The notes below the pieces were generated by a model. It searched no databases and was not told the origin of the DNA. It saw nothing but the letters and a program-made list of their open reading frames with translations. From Eledone cirrhosa (taxonomy: Eukaryota): a stretch of DNA of 64,000 nucleotides. The DNA is taken from positions 12,028,001-12,092,000 of the forward strand of contig OZ024757.1 of the NCBI GenBank assembly GCA_964016885.1, written 5' to 3'. The position numbers were made by a program, and so were the translations under genes. Below are positions 19,263-32,138 of this stretch, in pieces (within the stretch, counting starts at the first letter, position 1; each line of letters opens with the position of its first letter).

Positions 19263-19554
19263 TAGAATCCAAGAGAAAAATGCTGAGTTTAAAGTTTAGT
19301 AAACAACAGAAAGAAGGACATAAATAAATAAATATATATCAACATTTAAAATATGTTTATGTCCCCTTTAACATAAAAAGAAACAGAACCTAGTAAAAGT
19401 GTTATTACTGTAATATAAAGTAGAGATCCTTTATTTAAACAAAGCTAAGATGCAACGATGGTCAAAACAAACGTATTATATCACTTTTAAATTGATCCCT
19501 ATTATATTCAAATTAACCCCAGTGGGGCGTGCACCCCTCGTTGGTAATCCCTGA
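19260..19554 (+). mobile_element. Possible hAT/Charlie-type 3' end
   Basis: Ends ggggcgtgcacccctcgttggtaatccctg (reverse complement cagggattaccaac..., like hAT CAGGGGTTCCCAA termini); partner TIR not found. Confidence 0.35.
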
Positions 19555-19928
19555 TATATAAATATATGTGAGTGTGTTGCTATGACTGCTATTTCTAGCA
19601 GGTTTACTGCTGTCCTGTAGAGGCACAACACAAACCGGAAGTGGCAGCCATTAAAAAACTTTGGCTTAAAATCAGTGAAAATATTTTAAACAATAGAAAA
19701 TTAAATGTAAACAAACCAGGGTGTTTTTGCCAAGAAAGATAACTCTTGTCTTACTTAATCGCAAAAATCGAGACAAAAATGTTGCGGGTGTGCAGTTGTT
19801 TTGGTCTTGGTTGTTGGTATTTGACTGCTACTTCTAGCATGTATGGACGCTTTAGAAACAGCAGCGAAAAACGGAAAACATAAGAAAAAAGGGCACACAC
19901 GTATATATATATATGTGTATAAAAATAA

Positions 19929-20004
<76 letters not shown>

Positions 20005-20006
<2 letters not shown>

Positions 20007-20296
20007 ACTGAAGTTTCCGTTGAAAATTGAAAAAAGTCAGAGGAATGAAGAGTGCTCTATGTAAATTACAGAGCTAAATATTTAATGTATAATAAACAAT
20101 ACAGTATAATTACCTCATTACCAGAGGTTTCCCGAATAAGACGAATACAAGAAACGTCCGCATTCGTTCATCAGACAAGGCAATTTATAAATTGTAAATT
20201 GTAAATAGCATAGTCTGATTAACGAATGCGGACGTTTCTTGTATTCGTCTTCTTCTGGAAACCTCTGGTAATGAGGTAATTATATTGTATTATTTA
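20005..20296. repeat. Inverted-repeat PLE terminus related to family B
   Basis: 20090-20176 inverted at 20212-20296; flank gagtgctctatgta shared with 22345. Confidence 0.8.
20113..20180 (-). ncRNA. Type I hammerhead ribozyme (family B-related)
   Basis: Minus strand: ccuugu-CUGAUGA-acgaaugc...guauucgu cuuauucgg-GAAAC-cucug-GUA-augagg; the opposite arm has mutated CTGATTA. Confidence 0.65.
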
Positions 20297-20486
20297 GGCG
20301 GGATTGGCAGTATCGGTAGAGAGTCGGACGCCATGCTTCGACGCATAGAGTTACGGCCCTAGCCATTCTGAGTTCAAATCCCGCCGAGGTTAACTTTGCC
20401 TTTCATCCGTACGGGGTCGATAAAATAAAGTACCAGTAATGCACTGGATAATTGCTGGCCTTGTGCCAAAAGTAGAAACAATTATT
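20297..20486 (+). mobile_element. tRNA-derived SINE family 2
   Basis: Box A tggcagtatcgg, box B gagttcaaatcc, body gcctttcatcc...ggggtcgataaaataaagtaccagt; copies at 31115-31303, 46790-46975 and 63680-63815. Confidence 0.88.
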
Positions 20487-20522
20487 TATTATATATTAAA
20501 TAATAAAATATATATATATATA

Positions 20523-20700
20523 TAGGAAAAAGTATGACCCCGACGGCAGAGCTCAAGCAGTTTCGACGGCTATTTCGGGACTCCAGAAATAGCGGTCGAA
20601 ACGGCTATTTCTGCCGTCGGGGTCATACTTTTTCCTATTACCCACTCTACTACCCTAAGTATTGAATACTCTGGTGCGTTATGGTCCATCTGTTTCCTTA
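20523..20700. repeat. Palindromic PLE terminus with 3' half hammerhead
   Basis: taggaaaaagtatgaccccgacggcaga mirrored at 20610-20637; GAAACGGC tatttct GCCGTC GGGG gives stem III and a GUC site; related to 2094-2203 and 18270-18315. Confidence 0.7.
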
Positions 20701-20760
20701 CCACAATTCCTTTGTTATATATTTATATTATATTTTCATTTATATATATATATATATATA

Positions 20761-21581
20761 TACGATATTAATAAATGGAAACTATATTTATAAAACCATA
20801 TTTATTTCATTATACATATTTCAGGGATGCCATATTAAATTATGGTATGCCTTCATCAGACAAAATACAATATATAACAGTTTTACAAATAGCTTTGACG
20901 TACCCTTTTAAAATACAACCATTACTTTTGGAGGCTGTCTGGATAGTGAATTTTTTATATTGTTTTAATAAGTCATAGTGTTAAGCACAATTAGAAAAAG
21001 ACGGAGATAAAGAAAAAGAAAAAAGACTGAGAGAGCAAAGACGGAGAGAGAGAAAGAAAGAAAACCTGGAGAAATATCGGAGAGAGATAGAAAAATGTAT
21101 GGAGAAAAGAAAGAGATAAATAAAGATAGGAGGAAATAAAAAATAAAAAATAAAAAAGAAAGAAAAGGAAGAAATAAGAAAAACAAAGGAAGGCAACATA
21201 GAGATATCAAGTCATCATACAGATAGAAAAACTCAAGAGAGAGACATACTATATAGAGAGAGGGGGTACAATGAAAACTTTACGTCATGTCATATTAAGT
21301 TGAGTTAACAATATATATGAAATGAGTAATAAAAATATAAGTATCAATATTCATGAATGGGACATAGATATATAATATGAGAAATTAAACATTGTTCAAT
21401 AATGATTATATGTTTAGTTTAGAAAGTATCCCTGAAATATTTATAATGAAATAAATATGGTTTTATAAATATAGTTTCCATTTATTAATATCGTATATCT
21501 ACTCCAAAAACTTGTCGAGTGCTTTATATCAGTTATAAAAATATTTACTTGTTGTATCCCAACAACTTTAAATAGAACTTT

Positions 21582-21590
<9 letters not shown>
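20761..21590. repeat. Element bounded by ~70-bp inverted repeats; family also at 1040-1175 and 18310-18435
   Basis: tacgatattaataaatggaaactatatttataaaaccat... at 20761 mirrored at 21425-21495. Confidence 0.7.
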
Positions 21591-21635
<45 letters not shown>

Positions 21636-21685
21636 ATGACTGAATCTTAACCATCTACTATGTCAGGGTATGTCATGGATCAACC

Positions 21686-21752
21686 TATTTTATCTGATGA
21701 GGACGTACTGTTAAACTTAACTCAGTACCTCTGAAATATGTATAATAAAATA
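21686..21752 (+). ncRNA. Type I hammerhead ribozyme (family V)
   Basis: TATTTTAT-CTGATGA-ggacGTACTG ttaaacttaact CAGTACctct-GAAA-tatgta-TA-ATAAAATA; perfect 8-bp stem I. Confidence 0.8.
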
Positions 21753-21892
21753 TAATTGATCACAAGAATATCTATGTTGTTAATATTTTGAATTAATATT
21801 AATAAATCTGTAAAACCTTATTACTTGTTGAGTGCTTCCATTCTATTGTAAAACTCATTCTTTGATGTATTCATTGAACCTTGTTTAACTTT

Positions 21893-21980
<88 letters not shown>

Positions 21981-22090
21981 TACGTATATATAACATCCAA
22001 ACACACACATATATGTACACACACGCACATATATGTAAAGTAGGTGTGTGTGAATGCACGTGCGAGCACACGCACACACACACACACACA

Positions 22091-22138
<48 letters not shown>

Positions 22139-22273
22139 TATATATATATCAGGAATATACGTCCCACAGGGAGCAATTTGTATATAATAGGGGTTAATTT
22201 GAAGCAGAAAAGTTTGAGGACCACTGAAGACAACAATCGTCCTTTTTATTTTATTACAATTATTATTATTATC

Positions 22274-22308
<35 letters not shown>

Positions 22309-22309
22309 A

Positions 22310-22495
22310 ATGAAGTAATTCCGTCGGAAAAGTCCAGGAAAAAAGAGTGCTCTATGTAGGTAACAGAGCTTAATAGTTATGTAATAAACAACATAAGGCA
22401 ATTATTCCATTTACCAGTGGTTTCTTAAAAGCAAAATCTTTTGCTTTTAAGAAACCACTGGTAAACGGAATAATTGCCTTATGTTGTTTATTACA

Positions 22496-22502
<7 letters not shown>
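22310..22502. repeat. Near-perfect ~130-bp palindrome of the family B PLE terminus, centred on hammerhead stem II
   Basis: tagttatgtaataaac...ttaaaagcaaaa tc ttttgcttttaa...gtttattacataacta (22374-22502). Confidence 0.88.
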
Positions 22503-22577
<75 letters not shown>

Positions 22578-22621
22578 CAAGAAAACGAAAAATCAGTGAT
22601 GCATCTGGACTTGGTTTATTT

Positions 22622-22710
22622 CGTGTTACATGTTTCGCCGTCATGTAGCTCGAGTCATGGTCCTTGTATGGATCTGGCTGATTCTACTTCTGCGGGTTCT
22701 TTCAGACACG
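22622..22710 (-). ncRNA. Type I hammerhead-like motif (core CUGAAAGA, 1-nt insertion)
   Basis: Minus strand: CGUGU-CUGAAAGA-accc...cggc-GAAAC-au-GUA-ACACG; palindromic stem III ACAUGU. Confidence 0.65.
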
Positions 22711-23365
22711 TCTGTTATGTCCGGACCAAATTTTATCACTGGGGTGTTGTCATCAAAACAACCCCTCAAAAAACCCTCTTTCCTCTCTTGTCATGCCAAT
22801 GGCTGTTTTTACTCCACGTCATCCCAAGTTCTGGTCAGTATCTGCTGCCACACGGTTCAGCAACTATTTTCTGTCCGATATATTTCAATGGAGTCATGCT
22901 GTGTTCAGTACCTCAAGCGTCTGCTCACACTTCAGAGTAAGCACCTACACATACTAGAATAAACACATTGTAACACACATATATATACTCAGACATACAC
23001 CTATCTATGTATTCACACTCGTAGGTCTACATGCTCAGACACCCACACCGCCACATACATACATCACAGTATATATACTCACACACCCTCTCTCCCCCTC
23101 TCCCATGGACCCAGTCACACCCACTCGTTGATACATGCCGCCACGAGCCTTCTCACTGTTCTGTATCAATTGGGTAAGCATGTCATATTCAAACGTACAC
23201 ATACATACCCATGTTGTATTATTTTATCACATACTCTCTATACATACCCGTATATATGCGTATATGTACGTATGAGTCTGTGTACGTGTGCGTCTGTGTA
23301 TGTGTGCATATATATGTATACGTAGGTGCGTATGTGTATGTGTGTATATATGTATAATAGGGGGA

Positions 23366-23428
<63 letters not shown>

Positions 23429-23453
23429 ATATATATGTGTGTGTCTATATATA

Positions 23454-23888
23454 TGTAGTAAGACGCCTCACGCCCCCTGTCGGATAATAGAATAACCCAT
23501 AGTTATCTCCCCCTGGTTGAGAACACCAGAGGTAAACAGAGACAGCCACTGAAAAGCAGACTGAACACACGCCAGAAAACAGCCTCTGTACCACGCCACA
23601 GAAAACAGCCAAGGGAACAGGAAACAGCAAACCCCACAATACTTTTGTAATTGTAATTCACCACAACTGACCGCGTCTATATTTGGTACATTCCATTTGT
23701 AATACAAATAAACATCACCATTATTTACATTTGTTGAATATAACCCTCGTTGTGTTTATTGTCTTGATTACGCACACACCCACTCACTTTGTTATAATTC
23801 TCACAAACAAAAATGGTAAATAGACGAGAGACCTTCCCTCACGTCTATGTCAATAAACAATCCAACTATGATACCTCATTTTACCACA
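23454..23888 (+). repeat. 5' LTR of Gypsy element
   Basis: Starts TGTAGTAA and ends TTACCACA (imperfect inverted ends), contains AATAAA, immediately followed by the PBS. Confidence 0.75.
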
Positions 23889-23889
23889 C

Positions 23890-23902
23890 TGGTGACCGAC
23901 GT
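23890..23902 (+). promoter_or_regulatory. Primer-binding site complementary to tRNA-Trp 3' end
   Basis: TGGTGACCGACGT versus expected TGGTGACCCCGACGT (2-nt deletion). Confidence 0.75.
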
Positions 23903-26900
23903 AAGAATTTTACGCAGCCTTTTTATTCAGTTGAACTTCACTGTTATTACTACGTTGTCAACCTTTTCGCAACTTACGAAAATACAAAAAAAGACAGAGA
24001 TATAATAAAGTGTTTATACCGTATTGACAAGGTATACAGACCAGCCAAGAAATTTTCAAAGATGGCGTTGCTTTCCTTCCGCGTTTTGTAATTTTCCGCC
24101 AGGACAGGGACATTTTGGAATTGCGTGTGTGTTCCATATTTGATCAAGGGAGAAAAACTTTTTTGTGAACATTACTGCCCCGCAGGGGATATACATGCCT
24201 TACTTTTTCTAAGGGATTTTTAGCCACCGGCTACCTATTGTTGATATCCAACGCGGATATATTCTAAAACAAACATTTTTTTTTTCTCTTTTTCACCTTA
24301 TTTGATTTGGCTGGCTCGTTGAAGCAACACAAGGGGACAGACGTTGAAGGAAAAATTTTTTTAAAAGTAAATATATGTATTTTATGTATTTTTCATATTT
24401 CCTAATGTTTTGAATGTCTGTTTCTTTTTGACCTTTCATTTTTTCTCAATTTTGGCTGTTTGCTTTTCACTGTACAAGGGAACATTAATTGCTGTTTAGA
24501 TATATATATATATATTTTTTAATTTTAAACGTTTTACCATGAATGCGCCACATTTGCCCGCCTTTACCGGAAAACCTAAGCTGTGGTTTGCCCAGTTACA
24601 GGCGTATTTTACGGTCTGTAAGACCGAGTCTGACCAGCGCCTCGCTGTCCTGATTAGCAGACTTCCCCCTAATCTAGCAGATTCGGTCCAAGATCTAATT
24701 ACAGACCCCCCCCCCCTCTGACTTAACGTATGAGTCTTTGAAAGGCGAGATTTTGAGAAGGAACTGTAAGTCGGTAGAGAGTCGTTTTCGGTCATTGATC
24801 GAGGACGAGTGATTAGGTGACAGGACCCCTACCGCTTTTCTCCGGCATTTGCGGAATTTGAGCGATTCCCAAGATCAGGATAGCCCTTTCCTGAAGCAAT
24901 TGTTCTTCTCTCGCCTACCTCAAGAGGTACAGGCGATCCTAGCCCATATACTAGAGGTAAATACCCTCGACCACATTGCTGTCTCTGCTGACAAAATTGT
25001 AGAAGTGACGAAGAGAGACACTTCGAAGCCAAACTACGTTGCTTCCTCTTCTCTTCCTCAATCACGCTCATCAGCGAAGGATGAGAAATTAGTAACCACA
25101 ATGGAAGCCATGACTCGTCAAATGGCGGAGTTGTGCCAGGAATTCAGATCTTTTGGACGGCAGAGGAGCCGCTCATGACGTTATTCAACTCCTCGCCACC
25201 GTAGCCCTTCCAGGACACCAAAACGACCATATTGTTATTACCATGACAAATATGGTGACAAAGCCGCCCATTGTAGGCCTCCTTGTGCTTACGAGGGAAA
25301 CGACGACCAGAGTCACTAACGGCGGATAGTGCGCTCTGCGAAACCTCATCCAACCGCCACTTTTTCATTGAGGACCTGCTATCAGGTAGAGCCTTTCTGG
25401 TTGACACAGGTGCAGTTTGTTCAGTATGGCCTGTGTGTTGTATGAAGGAGACTCCCCCTGAGACACCTATTGAGTTGCAGGCAGTAAATTGTTCGCCGAT
25501 TCGAACTTTCGGACAAGTCTCGCTACCTTTGCAGTTCCGTAATCTGCGGCGCGAGTTTAAATGGATATTTACTGTCGCTGCCTTGCTGTATCCGATTCTA
25601 GGCGCGGATTTTCTCCACCATTTTTCATTGACGGTGGATCTCCGAGTAAACGCCTAATTGATGGCATCACTGGATTAACTGTTGTTGGCAAGGCACCAGG
25701 AGTTCCAACGGTTAGCCCGACCTTTTTTCTTGCTAACACCGGTGATACTTACCATGCGTTGTTGAACTCGTTCCCGCAACTGCCTCAGGGAAATTTTCGA
25801 GTTGATGAGCCAACTCATACCACGGAGCACTTCATATCTACAACTGGTGCTCCCGTTTTTTCTCGTCCTCGTCACTTGCCTCCGGTCAAACTCAAAGCAG
25901 CACGATCAGAGTTTGATCATATGCTGCAGATGGGGATTATTCGTCCGTCCACGAGCCCGTGGGCGTCCCCATTACACATGGTACCGAAAGCGACTGGCGA
26001 TTGGAGACCTACTGGAGATTATCGACGCCTAAATTCGATAACGGAACTGGATCGTTATCCTATGCCTCATCTGCAAGACTTTGCGTCTTCGTTGCAGGGA
26101 TGCAAGATATTCTCCAAACTGGATTTAATTCGTGCGTATCATCAAATTCCTGTCCGTAAAATTGACATTCCAAAAACGGCTATAGTTACGCCATTTGGGT
26201 CATTTGAGTTTTTGACCATGCCGTTCGGATTAAGGAATGCCGCTAGTACGTTTCAGCGGTTTATGGATGAGGTTACTCGCGGCCTCGATTTCGTCTATAC
26301 CTATATTGACGACCTGCTCATTGCTAGTTCTTCTCAAGAGCAACATACGCACCATTTGAATCATCTTTTCCGCCGATCGAAGGCGTATAACGTGCAGATT
26401 AATGCACCCAAATGTGTTTTTGGTGCTGAGTCACTGACTTTCTTGGGTCACGTCATCGATGCTGACGGTATTCGACCCCGGCCTAAGCGAGTTAAGGTCA
26501 TAGAGGATTTGCCTCCACCGACCTCACTACGTCAGTTACGCCAGTTCTTAGGTCTGATTAACTTTTATAGGCGTTTCGTGCCAAATTGTGCAAAATTGCT
26601 TTTCTCCCTGACAGAAATTTTGAAAAATTGTCGAAAGAAGAACAAAGACATTTCTTTGACCGAGACTCAACTTGCTGATTTTCAGCACGCCAAAACTGCT
26701 TTGGCTAATGCTTCGTTACTGACTCACCCGGTACCCGGTGCAAAGCTAACGCTTTGTGTTGATGCATCGGATATCGCTGTGGGCGCAGTACTACAGAAAA
26801 ACATCAATGGTTACCAGCAACCGCTAGAGTTTTTTTTCCAGAAAGCTGAAACCTGCTGAGACGCGCTACAGCACCTTTGGAAGGGAGCTTTTGGCCATCT

Positions 26901-28707
26901 ATTTAGCCGTGAAACATTTTTCACATATGCTAGAGGGTAGACTATTTACTATCCTGACTGACCATAAACCATTGACTTTTGCGTTGAGAGCGAAGGCCGA
27001 TAAATACTCGCCCAGAGAGACGAGACACCTTGATTTCATCTCGCAATATACGAATGATATCCAACACATTCCGGGTTCACTAAATACAGCGGCCGACGCT
27101 TTGTCCCGCTTACCCGTGACAGCGATCTCGTTACCCCCTGACATAGATCTGACTCGTTTGGCTGCGGATCAGACTCCCCTTGAGACATTGGGTGTTACAT
27201 CGCCTGAGTTTGCGAATTGCGAGATGAAATACTTGCCTCTGTCGACTGCAGTTGGCCAAATTCTCTGCGACGTCTCTTTGGACGTGCCTAGGCCCTTCGT
27301 TCCAGAGAATCATCGTCGGACCGTGTTTCTGGCATTATATAGTATCTCGCATCCAGGATCTTCTGCCACAGCAAAGCTAATATGAGCTAGATTTTTCTGG
27401 CCAAATATGAGGCGTGAAATTGCTGCTTGGTGCCGTTCCTGCGTCGCTTGCCAGAGATCAAAGGTCCATCGACACGTCAAGGCTGCCCTGGGTACCTTTG
27501 CTAACCCAGATGCGCGTTTTTCACACATTCATATTGACATAGTGGGACCTTGGCCTGTCAGCGATGGTTATTCTTATCTACTGACCATAATTGACCGTTT
27601 TTCGAGATGGCCTGAAGCCATCCCCTTGAAAAATATCACCGTTGAGACAACAGCGCGTGCTCTTGTGTCTGGATGGATCTCTCGTTATGGAGTTCCATCC
27701 ATAATAACTACCGACCGTGGACGACAGTTCGAGTCGAGCCTTTTCCTCGAACTGTCAAAATTAATTGGTGCTAAATGCATTAGAACTACGGCGTACCATC
27801 CCGCTTCGAATGGTATGATGGAGCGTTTTCACCGACAACTGAAGGCCTCCTTAATGGCCTCAATGGACTCGGCGCATTGGAGCGAGTTCCTCCCTATTGT
27901 GCTACTAGGGATTTGGTCAACGGTGAAGGTCGACTTTGGATTTTCACCGGCCAAAGTACTGTACGGTGCCCCTCTGACGTTGCCCGGGCAAATGCTTGCC
28001 CCTATCGATCTTGATGCCCAGGATCACGCTTCCTACGCGTCCCGTTTGCGCTCCTATTTCCAGGATTTGCCGCCAATGGACACTAGGAAACAAACTGTCA
28101 AGACTGCTGTCCCGAGGGATATTGCCTCGTGGACGCATGTCTTTGTAAGGAAAGATTCTGGGAAGCCTCCGCTCACACAGCCTTACACTGGACCTTACCG
28201 TGTCTTAGCGCGCTCGGCTAAGCATTTCACGTTAGATATTAAGGGGTCCATGGAGACAGTTACAATAGACAGTCTTAAGCAGGCACACCTTGACACGGAT
28301 GCTGTGGTTTCTGATCCACGAACCCCTTCGTATTTTCCTGTTGAGCGAACGCCTGTTCCTGAACCACCATCATCGCCTGTCCCTACACCACCACCATTGC
28401 CACGTTACAAGACCACGACCCATTCAGGTCGTAGGGTCAACTGGCCCCAAAAATTTTGCAACACCGTCTATATTTAGACTATGTTAGCTGCACCCCTTTT
28501 TTTGCCTCTGTGTTTCTGCTTTTTCTTTGCCTTGTTTTTTATGCATGCATGTTGTTTTTTTAAACATTTTTCAAATCCTTATTCTGGATTCAACGTTTGG
28601 TAGAGCGAATAGCTCCCCCATGTTGCATTATTCGCCATCTTACTCCACATGTGAGTAATGACATCGATTTTCGAGCAATGTTGTGGAAAATAGCATCGTA
28701 CGACTTT

Positions 28708-29083
28708 GTAATTGTTTATATATAATTTATTTACAGATTACAAAGGTTAGAAGAATGTCTCTTGAGAGGATAGTTAATGGTATCAATAAAAAGGTTATAA
28801 AGATTTAAAGATGTACGGTCAACTGGCTGAGGCGTTAGCCAGATCTGTAGAGATACCTGTTGCTACATATTGTCTATGCTTGAGGAACGAAAGCAAGAGA
28901 TGTTTACGTTCACGGTGTCGAGCTTCAAGAGAGAGAGTTTCGAATCTCCGGGGGAATTTTTCCTTCTGGGCGGAGGTCGAGATACATTTTCCTACGCTGG
29001 TAGCGATTGGCTGAACTGAGCCAAACAACGCACAGAGAATGTATCCATGAGCCCTCGGAATGTAGGTCACTACAATACCCCCT
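28708..29083 (-). repeat. Possible LTR of a second, opposite-strand LTR element
   Basis: Minus strand has PPT-like AGGGGGTAT followed by TGTAGTGAC at 29074, and aataaa near 28730; far end uncertain. Confidence 0.3.
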
Positions 29084-29196
29084 ATTTAGTCTGCAAGACG
29101 ATAGATAAGATTGAATCAGCAGGAAAAAGGCTTAAAGAGAGGACATCAATGAATATATATGTATATATATGTATATATATATGATATATATATATA

Positions 29197-30082
29197 CAGG
29201 TGTGGACGATATTTGGTCGCAATTTTCAACTGCTAATTTTATGCAAATTCTTTTTGCTTCCGTTGTCACTCTTGTCCTCATAAAAACAGTGACTATATTT
29301 CCATTATTTATTTTCAGAATAATTGATTACGAATAATTTTGAACCTCCACATTTGTGGAAGAGACACGGAGGTCTTGTAATCATCGCCGGGAGGACAAAT
29401 AAGACCAGAAGATCAACAACCAGAACAACAGGTGGCTCGCTGTCTCATCTAAAGACGTGCCCAGAGTCATGCAGATAAAGTTTCCAGCGACAACATTGGT
29501 CTTAGGTGTCATCAGTAGTCAAGGTGACGTAATGCCACCTCACTGCTTCCCTGAGGGCCTCAAGCTTAACACCGATTGCTACATCCGCGTTCTGAGCGAA
29601 GTAGTAAAGCCCTGGATCGACCAGGTAGCTGCAGGTAGGCAGTACGTATGTCAGCAAGACTCAGCGCCCTGCCATACCAGCCGAAAGATCCAAGCCTGGC
29701 TGTCAGAGAACTTTGTCGACCTCACTTCCCCTGACATCTAGCCTCCAAGATCGCCTGACTGCAATCCTCTCGACTTCTCTGTGTGGGGCGCAGTGGAACG
29801 AGACACCAACAGTTCTAGCTGCAATACGAAAGACGATCTGAAGGCCAGGATCACAAGTGCCTTTAGGGACTTAAGTTGGGGGACAGTGACGAAGGCCTGT
29901 AGCCGGTTTCGAGGCCGCCTTGAGGCCGTCATCAACGCAAATGGCAGGTCTATCGAGTGAGATTGAAAGAACAAGTCATGAAGACAAACTGACCCAATTT
30001 TGATAAATATATCTTAAAAAACAAAACTACTGTTACTTTTTCCTAGACAGTAATCTTGCGAATAAATATCGTACGCACCCTG
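29197..30082 (+). mobile_element. Tc1/mariner DD37D (maT) transposon, internally deleted
   Basis: TIRs CAGGTGTGGACGATATTT / AAATATCGTACGCACCCTG in TA context; transposase QQDSAPCH...SPDCNPLD with 37 residues between the 2nd and 3rd Asp; stop at the W codon. Confidence 0.9.
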
Positions 30083-30202
30083 TATATATACATATATGTA
30101 CATAATATATATATATGTATATATATATGTATATATATAATAATAATATATCTACATAATATATATAATAATATATGTACATAATATATATATATATATA
30201 TG

Positions 30203-30449
30203 AGGATCGATCGACTTTCGTCAAATCAGACCGAGGAAACAATGTTTCCGTTGGTCTTTCCAGTTGCTAGTACTATCTATCGGTCGCAACTCCAGGTAGA
30301 AGGAGCAACGTGAAATAAAGTGTCTTGCTCAAGGACATAATGCATCGCCTGGTCCAGAAATCGAACTCACAACCTTACGATTGCGAATCCAATTCTCTAA
30401 CCACTCAGCCACACGGGTGAAGGCGTGTGGCTGAGTGGTTAGAGAATTA
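30203..30449 (-). mobile_element. tRNA-derived SINE family 3 with short inverted duplication of its 5' end
   Basis: Box A tggctgagtgg and box B gagttcgatt on minus; 30417-30449 repeats the head in the opposite orientation; copies at 41653-41868, 45543-45752 and 61058-61278. Confidence 0.85.
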
Positions 30450-31114
30450 AAATAGTTTATATGTATACTTATTGGTATACATATTAAAATTAATACCAAT
30501 AAGTATACATATAAACTATTTTAATTTCAGGTTATGAATCTATACTCCTTATAATCTATATAAATTTGTTATTTCTCACTAATAAATTTACCCCCCCCAC
30601 AATAATAATAATTATTATTTTTTTTATATTCCCTTCGTTTTTAACACCATTCTTCAATTACATCTAACTCTTATTTATCATATCTATATGAATTAATATA
30701 AATTTATCAATATAAATATACCTATCAACTTAATTAATTTCTTTTCTTTTTATAGACGTAAATTCCTTATATTTTAAATAAGATTGATATTTTTCACAAA
30801 CACATTTATCGTAAAATTTTATTCTCCTTAGATATTTACATTAGCATTATTCTTTTATAACATCAAATTTTCGTGTACCTTTTACTGACTTGACCTATTT
30901 TCATCCCCAAAATAATCTTTTCACTCATTATACTCTTTCCATTCAAAACTGAAATCTGTTTTCCTCTACCCCTAAATTAAAGTTCAATTACTACGATTCT
31001 ACCATCTTGACCACTTACTACCTTTCTATTGGTCAATTCAAAACCTGTTCCCAAACAGACCTATTATATTAAATCTTTGTTGGTTTTTTTCAATAAACAA
31101 ATATCATTATTTCT

Positions 31115-31303
31115 GCGGTGGATTGGCAGTATCGGTAGAGGGTCGGACGCCATGCTTTCTAGCATAGGTACGTCCATTTACGATCTGAGTTCAAATCCCG
31201 CCGAGGTTGACTTTGCCTTTCATCCTTACGGGATCGATAAAATAAAGTACCAGTAATGCACTGGGTATTTGCTGGCCTTGTGCCTAAAGTAGAAACAATT
31301 ATT
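31115..31303 (+). mobile_element. SINE family 2
   Basis: Near-identical to 20297-20486. Confidence 0.88.
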
Positions 31304-31658
31304 TCTGAAGACAGCATATATATGTGTAGGTATGTATATTCCCTCTGATAGTTTGTAAAAATTTTAAATAGATCTATATGATATACATACCAACACACAC
31401 ATATATATCCTAGAAACGATCGTAAAATGATGAATTTTTTAATATAAGGAACTGTTTCTTTGTTTTTATTCATTATTTTTATTAACTTGACTCTGTTTTC
31501 CTGTATTTTTCATCGAAAAAAAATTTTTGAATACATCTCTTTTCATAATATTCGGATTACATTGAGTTCTTCATACGGATTGGACAATACCGTACATTTT
31601 GGTAGATTTATCTACATATATATATGTGTATATATATATATATGTATATATATATATG

Positions 31659-31691
<33 letters not shown>

Positions 31692-31696
31692 GTATG

Positions 31697-31727
<31 letters not shown>

Positions 31728-31770
31728 GTATATATATATATGTATATATATATATATGTATATATATATG

Positions 31771-31823
<53 letters not shown>

Positions 31824-31898
31824 GTATGTATATATATATATATATGTATGTATATATATATATATATATATGTATGTATATATATATATATATGTATG

Positions 31899-31933
<35 letters not shown>

Positions 31934-31990
31934 GTATATATATATATGTATATATATATATGTATATATATATATGTATATATATATATG

Positions 31991-32041
<51 letters not shown>

Positions 32042-32094
32042 GTATATATATATGTATATATATATATGTATATATATGTATATATATGTATATA

Positions 32095-32134
<40 letters not shown>

Positions 32135-32138
<4 letters not shown>

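Larger units (their letters stand above)
23454..28600 (+). mobile_element. Ty3/Gypsy LTR retrotransposon, decayed gag-pol, 3' LTR missing
   Basis: Gag PKLWFAQLQAYF (24539); protease FLVDTGA; [35 protein letters not shown]; RNase H DASD, TDHKPL; integrase [39 protein letters not shown]; order PR-RT-RH-IN. Confidence 0.95.

Noticed and set aside
19632-19652. ETS/YY1-like promoter motif CCGGAAGTGGCAGCCATT
   Set aside because: Short motif with no linked exon or gene identifiable; may be chance or repeat-derived
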